Assembly: GCA_000934665.2 (NCBI GenBank)
Contig: JYFJ02000470.1
Location: 108,645-128,644, forward strand
Length of the DNA stretch: 20,000 nt
Origin: Catajapyx aquilonaris
Taxonomy: Eukaryota
Direction of reading: 5' to 3'
Shown here one piece after another: positions 10,712-20,000 of this stretch. A program made the position numbers and the translations under genes. A model generated the notes under the pieces. That model saw nothing but the letters and a program-made list of their open reading frames with translations. It made no database searches and had not been told where the DNA came from. Position 1 is the first letter of the stretch; each line of letters opens with the position of its first letter.

Positions 10712-11301
10712 ATGGTAACGCTCCTTACCCTTACCATGTACTGCATATGCTCACTCTCTCTTCCTCATTGCAGTTGCCCCTGTCGCTGTTGTGCACCGCT
10801 CAAAACCATCCAATGGTACGTACTCTGGAGTAATTATTATGTGGCGTTGTTTCTTACTTGTTGCAATTTCCAGCTGGTTGAGCTCAAGAATGGGGAGACG
10901 TACAATGGTCATCTGGTGAGTTGCGACACCTGGATGAACATTAACCTGCGGGAGGTGATATGTACGTCGCGGGATGGAGACAAATTCTGGCGCATGCCTG
11001 AGTGCTACATAAGGGGAAGCACTATCAAGTACCTGCGCATACCGGATGAGGTGATCGACATGGTTAAGGAGGACGTGGCCTCCAAGGGGAGGGGAAGGGG
11101 AGACGCGAAGGGGAGGGGAGGCGGACGAGGCAGGGGAGGCGGACGAGGTAGGTACATCAGGAAGTACGATTGGTCTTGTAGTGTTCAACATTTCTTTCCC
11201 GATAAACAGGGATGTTTGGCAACCGTGGTCGTGGACCTCAGTCAGGCCGTGGAGGTGGTGGACCAGGACGAGGCGGAGGTATGGGGAAGCCGAAGAAGTA
11301 A
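10712..11301 (+). CDS. LSM4: U6 snRNA-associated Sm-like protein LSm4, 4 coding exons, ~136 aa
   Basis: Exons 10712-10714 (ATG only), 10774-10815, 10874-11147, 11210-11301. [74 protein letters not shown] plus RG-rich tail ending GMGKPKK*. Confidence 0.97.
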
Positions 11302-12246
11302 ATTTGTTACACCGCTCTATTTTGTGTCTGTCCAATTGCTTTCCGTTAAAAACACTGCAGTTAGTTGCCAGTAACTGTAACACACTTATGCAGAATTTGA
11401 GATATTAATTTTTTAAGTGAATATGTATGCAGAGCCTATGAGTGATAGGTAGGCTGTAAAATTATGCCCCATTTGGAACCAGCAGATTCATTTGATAAAG
11501 AATCCTGTACAAAAAGGGAAATAAACATGACAGTATGGTTGCCTGTAATGAAGATAACAACTTTAATTTTATGTGTAGCATTATGCAACATTTTTGCACA
11601 GGATATGACAGCATCAGAAGTATTTACATGTAATAAATCAGAAGTGATCAGTGATCACAGCTGCAGAGGACATACTTAAGTGAATGTATTTACAAGTCAT
11701 ATTGGAAACCTGACATGAGTTGCCCAAGTGGCTGTTTGGTTGATATCAAATAATGTGATCACTGGTGCATCATTGGTGGAAGACAAAAAAGGTCAGATAA
11801 TATTTAATCCGAGGAGCAAAAAACAATACAAAGAAACAAAAAAATATGTAAAAGCGATTAATATCGTATTATGGTTTTCCAAGAAATAGTGAAGTGTTTG
11901 TCTTTTACATACACAGTCAAGTGTACTGTACGTATTTACCATTTAACTAATGAAACACAAAACAAAATACAAGTACACATAGGTAGTTCTCTGACCCTAG
12001 AGCATTTGACAAGAAAACATCAGATTCATTACCGATTTAAAAAGTATGTTATATTTTTCTGTTTTAACAGCAAACTGGTTGCATCAAACATCCTCTTAAA
12101 AGTTCTCTTCCGCACCAGCATGTTAGGCTCCATGTTAAGACACCAGAGGAGGATCCCATGCACAATCATTTTGTTCGTGTGCAAAGGGGAATTCTTAGGA
12201 TGTGACTGCCACGGACGCGTCCAACTGGTGGCTTGAATTATGGAAA

Positions 12247-13150
12247 TTAGAAAATTTGAAGGGTGCTGCTTGCAGTTTGGAATTGAGCCAGGGCCTCCGA
12301 GCTCCAGTCCAGCTTGCTACACCAGATGAGCTCAAGGTGCTGGAGGTTGTGGCATCTCCTCACCAGGTCTAGGAGCGCATTGTTGGTGACCTTGTGGGAT
12401 CTCACCAAGCATAAATGAGTCAGGAGAGGGCAGTTTGCAGCAATAGCTGATACGCAACCGTCGTCCAGTAACAAAATATCCAAGGGATGCTTCGAGTAAT
12501 CGTCATACTGGTTGAACTCTCTCAGGTAGATGCCCCTCAGTGCACTGCACCTGCGTCATAAACACAAATAATGAACTGGCTGTAAGTGACAGGTTAGCCA
12601 TTTACTTACTCCTGTGCGATCAGTTCCAGCATATTCTGTGACAGCGAGGTGTCATAAACATTGAGGTGCTCAAGGTGAGGAAGATTCTCCACTACTACAT
12701 TCAGCAGCGAATCAGTCTTCTCTCTATACCAGTTCATCAAGGTAAGTGACTCCAGATAGGTCATGTTGTCCGTGATCACCTGCACACTGCACTGATTCCT
12801 CCAGAGTCAAACACTGGCTGTCCAAGACCATCTTCTTCCTGAGACCCAGCCACTCCTTGGCCACCTTGCACCAATCTTTGCACACCAGTGTGAGGATCAT
12901 ATGGATGATTTTATCATCCAGACATGAAAACACCTTTGCCTTCATCTCGTCGGGCAGGCTGGAAAAGGTCTTGATGCTATCCTGCAAATTGTCAAGAAAA
13001 TGCTTAAGTATGCAAACAAGTAATGCATACACACTGATCATTTTTAAGTACACGTCTCTGTAGCCCAATTACTGAGATAATTAGCTCATAAGATAGCGAC
13101 AAACGGTTTTCGGATTCGGATTCAGCTGGCCCTACAGCTCCCATCATCAT
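12247..13150 (-). pseudogene. F-box/leucine-rich-repeat (FBXL-like) gene with a frameshift in exon 2
   Basis: Putative exons 13150-13073 (start uncertain), 12981-12610, 12550-12247. F-box FSSLPDEMKAKVFSCL...LTLVCKDW. LRR-like units NMTYLESLTL, NLPHLEHLNV, ECSALRGIYL, NCPLLTHLCL, RCHNLQHLEL. F-box and LRR frames are offset at 12780-12792; removing 7 nt gives a 747-nt open frame. Confidence 0.65.
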
Positions 13151-13534
13151 CCAGTGCGTATGTGCATTCCTCCTGGTCTTCCCTATACTCCTGTGCGGTC
13201 CTGTGGGTCCGGATTGACCTGCGTCCACCAACAATCAAGCCCCAATCGAACTACAGCTCGCAACAATCACCCGAGACCCGATAAAAGGGAAATAAAAATA
13301 AAAATGAAATTATTCGAACCTTCCATTGCGTCTGCCGCCAAAGCGATGCTGGCGCCACACGTCGCGTCGGCAGCTGATGCAAAGTACTTCCGGCTTCCTC
13401 TAGAGTTGGTTCTGGCCAAGGATTTTGCTTGCGATTGTTGTTCGGCGACATTTCAACGAACCGATCGACGTATTTTTTTTGCATCGTTCGGCGTCGTATT
13501 TGGAGCCTACGAGCCAGTCACAGGAGGCTGAAGG
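13151..13534. promoter_or_regulatory. Candidate bidirectional promoter between the F-box/LRR gene and LSM3
   Basis: Head-to-head genes ~385 bp apart, CpG-rich, ETS-like ACTTCCGG at 13386-13393, GATGGCGG over the LSM3 start. Confidence 0.5.
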
Positions 13535-14168
13535 ATGGCGGAAGAAGGAGACCAAGTAACTATCAGTGTTGAACACGTACTTCACAGGGGAAGGCATGAA
13601 ATAGCGAAACATTGATGCATCATTCATTGCCTCATTCATGAACAATGTAGAATTAACAGAAATAATAACCTGGAACGTATCATTGCTGCAGTAATTGTAA
13701 GATGCAGCAAGCCTAACTGTAATGATACATTTGACAAGTCCTCGTTGTGCGGTTACCTTCCATTCGCGGCCTATGACTCATGGAATGGTGCGGTACATTA
13801 TTGCTTGAATTGTTTTCCGCAGGTTCCTGATGTTGCAGTGAAGGAGCCTCTTGACCTTATCCTGTTGAGTGTTGATGAGCGAATTTATGTCAAGATGAGG
13901 AACGAACGTGAACTGCGTGGACGGCTTAACGTAAGGGCTTATTTTTCATTGCAAGGCCCACCATAACGCTATGTATTGTCATCCTAAGGCGTTCGACCAG
14001 CATCTCAACATGGTTTTGGGCGACGTGGAAGAAACAGTGACCACTGTAGAAATAGATGAAGAAACCTATGAGGAAGTGTACAAGACCACCAAAAGGACCA
14101 TTCCCATGCTGTTTGTGAGGGGTGATGGGGTCATCCTGGTTTCGCCACCTATGAGGGGAAGCATCTAA
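13535..14168 (+). CDS. LSM3: U6 snRNA-associated Sm-like protein LSm3, 3 coding exons, 102 aa
   Basis: Exons 13535-13555, 13823-13930, 13989-14168 (last acceptor is AAG). [57 protein letters not shown]...[15 protein letters not shown]. Confidence 0.97.
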
Positions 14169-14527
14169 CTTGTTGTTTTCCCATTTCCTCCCCCCTTTTT
14201 GCATAAAAAATTCAGTGGTAGATACAATGGGATGATTTATTTGACGTATGAAACTTTACAGCGATTTGTGTGCTACTACTTTTTAGATAATGATACCATG
14301 TGTCCCAGGAGACATTTTAATCGACACATTTGCAATGGTTGCCCAGTACAACATAGTTGGAAAAACACAGTAGAACCACCTTAGAATGTCGGTATGTGCC
14401 TGCAGCATGTCACAACGTGCCTCCCCATACTTGAGACAGAAAGAGCCGTTTCATTTGATGCAGCACCATAACTTCAAAAAATGATGATGGTACAGTATTG
14501 AAGCAAGTTTGTAAGATGGTGTGTACA

Positions 14528-16157
14528 TTAATTTTCCTCATCCTCCTCATTTGGCATGGCCTGATACTCGACTGAACGTGATGGGGCAGTGGGAAAGAAT
14601 TGCTGGCATTTTGTCATCAGGCGCTTTAGTGCCTGTATGTACTTCCGCTGAGTCTCATCGTTCATGACATGTGCCACGTTCTTTGAAAAGATTTTCTCCC
14701 GCCCTGTCCTAGCATGGATTCCGACCATGGTTACCCCTATGGGCCATGGAGCATTGCCAATGGCCATCTGAAGATAGGCGTCATTGGCCTTGATGTAGTC
14801 CCGATCCAACAAAAACTTGAGTATCTCCGTCAAGCTGTCAAGGATGTCATCTGGTAAGGTACGTGTTTTAAGCTTCCTTAGGAGTGGTCTCAAGTAGACC
14901 TGGGTCTGATTGTAAGTAGCAGATGCCAGCTTTCCCCGAACACTGATCTTCACCGCCTCAGTTCGGCTGTTCAAGTATTGGCCCCACGACTTCAGAAGAA
15001 ACTTCAGGAATTCCATTATGACCTTTGAGTCTAGTTCTGAATTCCCATGTGCCAGATCGACTGCCAGGGCCTGTATCTCCTCATATGTGAGGCCATCATC
15101 CTGGACCTTAACGTCGTTTGAAGGCTTGCTATTACCATCCTTGTCCTGAGAAGTTAAGATCTCATCCAAGTACGCCTGGTCAACCTTGTCCATAGCTTCC
15201 TGGAAGTCATTACGTAAACCCTGAAAAGGTAGAAAAATTATAAGTAAGCATGTCTATGTCCATTATTCAGTCATCTTGAATAACAAAATATTAGCTTAGG
15301 ACACATTGTCATTGTGAATGGATCGTGAATGGAAGAGGTGTAGGGTGTAATAATTTGGCACAATAATAACAATTAGTTTTGTCCTGCATACGAGTCCTAA
15401 AGAAGCCAGAAACTACAGTTGACTCTGGATGTAACACCCCCGGTAAACTTCCATAAGGCTATGTGTATTTTTATTCCTGATGTAACACTCATTTTCACCT
15501 CACTTTGTCTATAAAAGTCACAATTTCGATATAATGAGAACAAACCTTGTTCACTTCAGGTTCAAGAATTTCGAGCCGCCGCAACCTTTTGAATGCATCC
15601 AATTCGCTTTCACCATACAAAAAAATTGGTTCGCCTCGCTCCCGTAGTCTCCGGGTGACTTCTTTGCGGGTGAGGGCTGGATATTCTGCTGCATTGATAT
15701 CCTCAACTTGTTCTGCAAAATAATAATCCATATTTAGATACGGGAGGAAAATTATCCTGATGTAAGGAAGTCCACAATGTCGCTGTCGCACAAAACAAAA
15801 TGTGGACATTTCTTCCTTTTTAATTGGAGTTGGCTGCATTACCTGAGTTGGACTTGTGGTTGGAATGTGCCGTGTACTCTTCCAATTTGTTCCCATATTT
15901 CTTGCGATACTCTTCCTCTTGCAGCGCTGCAAGGTCGGCCACCTTGAAGTACTTCTTCCCTGGTTGCTGCATTGTAAGAAGAATTGATTAAAGACACTGC
16001 GCCATAAATATACAATATGAATTTTATAAAGTGCTGCAACGACGAACGTTTCATAACCTGCCTAGCATACATAAATAGTATATTTTCTGCTCACCAGCAC
16101 TTTGCTCTCCTCCAGCTGCCGCTTTTTGCGCTCGATCTCTTTCTTCAAGAAGTCCAT
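14528..16157 (-). CDS. PRPF18: Pre-mRNA splicing factor 18, 4 coding exons, ~348 aa
   Basis: Exons 16157-16095, 15966-15843, 15712-15546, 15220-14528 in frame (1047 nt). [19 protein letters not shown]4-like motif [30 protein letters not shown], and [33 protein letters not shown]...[15 protein letters not shown]. Confidence 0.97.
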
Positions 16158-16599
16158 CGCCTCGTGCTCTTGTCACCAACCAGCAGGAGTTAGAACTAAT
16201 TGTTCAAGTGTCTGGGAAAGCAACGCAAAACTTCGGAAAATTTACATGACGACAACCGCCATCTTGAGAAACTACAGTCAGAGACGGAGTATGTTGCTGG
16301 TGTTGATGTTTAAATAAAATAATTTATCATAAATGATACACAGTTGTCTGATATAATTTGTGGTTTAGCTAAATGTAATATTTATATTGACATTAAGTGT
16401 CGTGGTTTGCGGATCTTAATCAAATATGGCGTCATAAAGTGATGCAGGATTTCCCGCCATTTTCGATTTTTCTGCCATGCTTTACTGCATCCTTGGCGGC
16501 TGGAGTACGTGTGAACGGTGAAGAAACGTGTTCGCAAATTGGCGTGCAAAACGGGTCAAACACAGGTGATTTACTCTTCCTTGCATGGCCTAAACATGT
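16158..16599. promoter_or_regulatory. Candidate bidirectional promoter (PRPF18 / MMACHC-like) with a non-coding + strand exon
   Basis: YY1-like CCGCCATCTT at 16256-16265, AATATGGCG near 16422, CpG-rich patch, strong donor GTAAGT at 16600 and acceptor TTTCTTTTGCAG ending 16882. Confidence 0.45.
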
Positions 16600-16896
16600 G
16601 TAAGTGTTGTACTGATCCAGAGACACAATGTCGGGATCATGGCATACTAATATGGTGCAGCAATGTGTGAAGGGATCATTATATTTACACCTATTTACAC
16701 TCACCAAGAGCTGGACCTGGCCCACTATTTGGTTGCAAATGCAGGAGGCACTTACTGACTGATTGTGGTCATATTGATTTATTAGTTCTTGCAATTAGTT
16801 TCTTTAAAAAGTAGCCCTAAGTTGTAATATTAAGGGAAAGAGCAAGGCAAACATGTTATAATAATTTTTCTTTCTTTTGCAGAGCTCCATTCCAGT

Positions 16897-16989
16897 ATGG
16901 TTGTGTATGATGTTGATAAATTCAGGAAACTGGAAGCGTCTTTAGCAGTGCACACGAAAGCACTTGGTTTGGAATTACATCCATTTAAG
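16897..16989 (+). CDS. MMACHC: Probable first coding exon of cobalamin-processing protein CblC (gene continues beyond the window)
   Basis: MVVYDVDKFRKLEASLAVHTKALGLELHPFK followed by phase-0 donor AAG|GTACTA. GLELHPFK resembles GFEVYPFQ, which as I recall ends exon 1 of human MMACHC. The next exon (.(A/G)WYN...) was not found in the window. Confidence 0.55.
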
Positions 16990-17056
16990 GTACTACATAT
17001 AAGCAAGAGCTATATAAGTAGAGTCAATTTTATTGCGTTGTCCATGTGTTAGCAAA

Positions 17057-17309
17057 TCGTCGTTAATATGACAAAATGATGAATTCGACATTTTTGATAA
17101 AATCGGATTATGGCCTTTATTGCCAGCACCATCAAGTGTTGGGTCTCATTCTGACAAAATGGGGAACATGTGGGACAAGTGGCGTCAGAGTTATAACAGA
17201 AAATTAAAAGGCCGTCCTGTGTATTTGTATAGCGATTTGCAGGTTTCTTTTGGCTCTCCTGTAAAATTGGGAAAATGTTGAATTCGTCCTTTTGTCAGAT
17301 TAACGACGA
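17057..17309. mobile_element. MITE with ~38-bp imperfect TIRs
   Basis: TCGTCGTTAATATGACAAAATGATGAATTCGACATTTT (17057-17094) pairs with AAAATGTTGAATTCGTCCTTTTGTCAGATTAACGACGA (17272-17309). Confidence 0.8.
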
Positions 17310-17328
17310 AATATAACACAATTATGTA

Positions 17329-17641
17329 CAGGTAGTCCCTGGTTTACGAACGACCTGACTTATGATCGGGCTCCCAACGCTCCACGGAAGGAAAATTTAT
17401 TATTATTTCTCCACTTTTAATCACTTCTGCGTACATTGACCAACACCAAGTTTAACATAAATACTGTATAATAAATAAATAATTGGGAAACTACATTCTT
17501 TGTGCATGTAAACAGACATCTGAGAATCTTTACGTTGTATATAGGCCTATGAACTGTTCCTCAGGGATCTGAGTTACATGAAAATCCGACTTATGGACAT
17601 TATCAAGAACGTAACCCCGTTCGTAGACCGGGGACTGCCTG
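17329..17641. mobile_element. pogo/Tigger-like (Tc1-mariner superfamily) MITE
   Basis: TA|CAGGTAGTCCCTGGTTTACGAACG ... CGTTCGTAGACCGGGGACTGCCTG|TA: 24-bp imperfect TIRs with TA duplication. Confidence 0.85.
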
Positions 17642-18691
17642 TATGTGTTGTGTGGACAAAGGATCCCAGAAGACAGGTATGGGTTGGGATTTGACTGTCA
17701 TATAGGTTAAGAATTGCCTTAAAAATGACTGTATGTACTGTAACTTTGTAAGAGCACCTGGTTTTTAAATATTTCTTTTGTACTATTTTTTTCCTACACT
17801 GCATATGCAAACACTTCACCAATACTGCATGAAGGATCAAATATCACCCATGTACTTACAGTACAACCTCTTAAGACAATAGACATGAATAGGCTAGATG
17901 GGTAATTTCATGATTCCTGGGGCATGGAGAGGGAGGGAGGAATAAGTTAGAAATAATGGTTTATGTAAAGGATGAATTCATGTGAATTCATGAAGAGTCT
18001 GCTCAAGGCATTAGGAGGCTGGACACACAGCTGGACATATCCTTCACCTTTGCCTTTCTCATCGTTGAGCCTATTAACTTTCTGCAAATGAATTCATGAG
18101 GATCAGCATGCTCTACTCCAATGAGTGCTTGTGGAAGCAGTTGTTACATTTGCTTGGGGGTCTTTCCTGTTCATTTCTTGGCCCCATTGTGAAGGCACAG
18201 ACTGTCACTTCTTCACTTCTTGTGTGGTTGCTTGTACTTGCCTGTGACCGTGAGTCAATAAAACCAGTTTAGTTAGTGTGTCTTTTGTGAAATGATACGC
18301 GATAGTGATGACACTACTCTGCGCATCAGCATGGTCGTGTGTCCAATAATAAACTAATCTATGGTGGTTTGATAAAATCAACAAAGATATGTGAGCTTTT
18401 TTCCTCTTTTGTCCTCTTGAAGCTACAAACCCAACAATTTTAAGGGCACCAAGCCCTTCAATGGGCACCGCAAAAGCTTGTTGATTCCCAGGAGACACGG
18501 TGAGTGTCGTAGGCGATGCAGTATTAGTTTACACTACTGTATGTTGCCAGACCCATTGTGTCTTAAATCCGACAGCATTTTTAATGCATCATCAATTTCC
18601 AAAACTGGCACTTAAATACTGTATTTGGAATCTGTGATTTTTAAATGATTTTGGAGACCTGACTTGCTGAAATACTGTTCTCTACCTTTAA

Positions 18692-19161
18692 CCCTTAACT
18701 ACGTAGGTGGGCGAAACACCTTTAACTACGTAGGTGGAGCCTGAGAGGCTCCAACGGTATATTTAAATTTCTGCTTATCAACTAAATTGTTATATTGGAC
18801 TTTTCACATACAGAAAGTGCAGTTCAGATCATTAGGCTTCCGAAAACATAAAAATCACACGCTAAGTCAGCATATTCTGACAGGGAAAAATTTTTAATTA
18901 AAAGGTTACATCAACAACTTTGAGCCGCTCTGGCGTCACCTGCATAGGGATAGCCTGAGTGGTTAGAGGGACCTGTTCCTCGTTACGAATTTTTTAAAAC
19001 CAAAGTATAGGGACTAAAAAAAAAATTCTTTCATTTTCATGCTTAGGAAGGTTTTTCTGACAAAGTCACGGAAGGAGAGTGGAAAATAAAATTCACTGAA
19101 AAAGTTACATGCGTTTAAATAGTGCTTGGAGCCTCTCAGGCTCTACCTACGTAGTTAAGGG
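18692..19161. mobile_element. piggyBac-type MITE
   Basis: TTAA|CCCTTAACTACGTAGGT ... ACCTACGTAGTTAAGGG|TTAA. Subterminal GAGCCTGAGAGGCTCCAA pairs with TTGGAGCCTCTCAGGCTC. Confidence 0.88.
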
Positions 19162-19911
19162 TTAAAACATTAATTTTCTGAGATGTATGAAAGGTCTGTA
19201 CTGTATACATATAGTGCAGCATACAAAATAACATGTACATTTTTTCATGCTGCATAAACTTGGTGTGGGTAAAATGTCCCATCTATGATTATGGCAGGAG
19301 CATTTCTCTTACATTGTGACATTACATTGCAATTATTCAGATTAATATGCCATAACCAGGCATGCAGAGTTCATGTGAGACCTGTTTCCTAGGATCATGT
19401 GTGCCTGGCTTGTGAATTACTCCATAGGGTAATGTGTGAGTCACCACTAATTGCAATGCCATGCAATCTGATTCTTCCAGATGGCAAGGGACAGGTAGAA
19501 AATTTTCAGATGAAAGGATGAAAGTGATAATTAAAAAGTAAAAATGAACTTATACATAAAAGAAGTCAAGCATAAGGTAGTGGGAGCTCGCAGGATGTTC
19601 CTACACTAGGGCCATTTATATTTAGTTCCATCACAGTGTATGTACATGATGTGAATTATTCACCTTAATTATGTGACTTGTGATACATGAGTCAATTTTG
19701 GGTAAAGAGTGAAATTGAGTATGGTGATGAAAGTTGTTGTTTTCCAACCAGAAAATTTGTTCCCAGCATTCTGTGACTATGCGTATTAAACACTGCAATA
19801 TCGAAAAACTTTTGTTCCCATACTCAATTTTACCCTTTAGCAAATATTGAACCAAAAACTCATCTTATGACATGTGCATAAGTGCAATACTGTAGCTAAA
19901 ATAATACAGTA

Positions 19912-20000
19912 CGAGGGGCGGTCATAAAGTTCTTACAATCACCTAGAAAGAAGAGAGTCACGGGCTAGTGCAGCTATTGTGTGGTAGGTCCTTTTCCACA
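19912..20000. mobile_element. Possible left end of a mariner-like element, truncated by the window edge
   Basis: TA|CGAGGGGCGGTCATAAAGT resembles TACGAGGG...AAAGT mariner termini; partner TIR not in window. Confidence 0.4.

Noticed and set aside
10679..11383. 231-aa plus-strand and 210-aa minus-strand ORFs as single-exon proteins
   Set aside because: The first reads through LSM4 introns; the second is its antisense shadow.
12030..12246. Further coding extension of the F-box gene past the stop at 12247
   Set aside because: A shifted frame stays open for ~70 codons but shows no clear LRR pattern, so a second frameshift cannot be supported.
18205..18498. 97-aa minus-strand ORF
   Set aside because: No recognisable homology or splice support.
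18950..18975. tRNA D-arm-like TAGCCTGAGTGGTTAGAG inside the piggyBac MITE
   Set aside because: No B box or T-arm follows.

Overview
Eukaryotic, not prokaryotic, DNA: a gene-dense housekeeping cluster with many short GT-AG introns, most consistent with an arthropod, probably non-dipteran (taxon inferred, not determined). Reading splice sites by hand gives six intact multi-exon genes: PSME3/REG-gamma (+), BORCS6/lyspersin (+), TMBIM4/Lifeguard-4 (+), LSm4 (+), LSm3 (+) and PRPF18 (-). There is also an F-box/LRR gene (-) broken by a 7-bp insertion, and a probable first coding exon of MMACHC/CblC (+) that the ORF track misses. Non-coding DNA holds a tRNA-derived SINE head and several MITE/foldback elements with different termini and target-site duplications. 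Best leads: a U12 (minor-spliceosome) intron in BORCS6, the cobalamin-chaperone exon, three spliceosome genes within about 5.5 kb, loss of the usual basic residue at the same helix position in LSm3 and LSm4, and the footprint-like F-box frameshift. I cannot support a wholly new biological system from this window. Gene identities come from recalled protein motifs; no database search was run.
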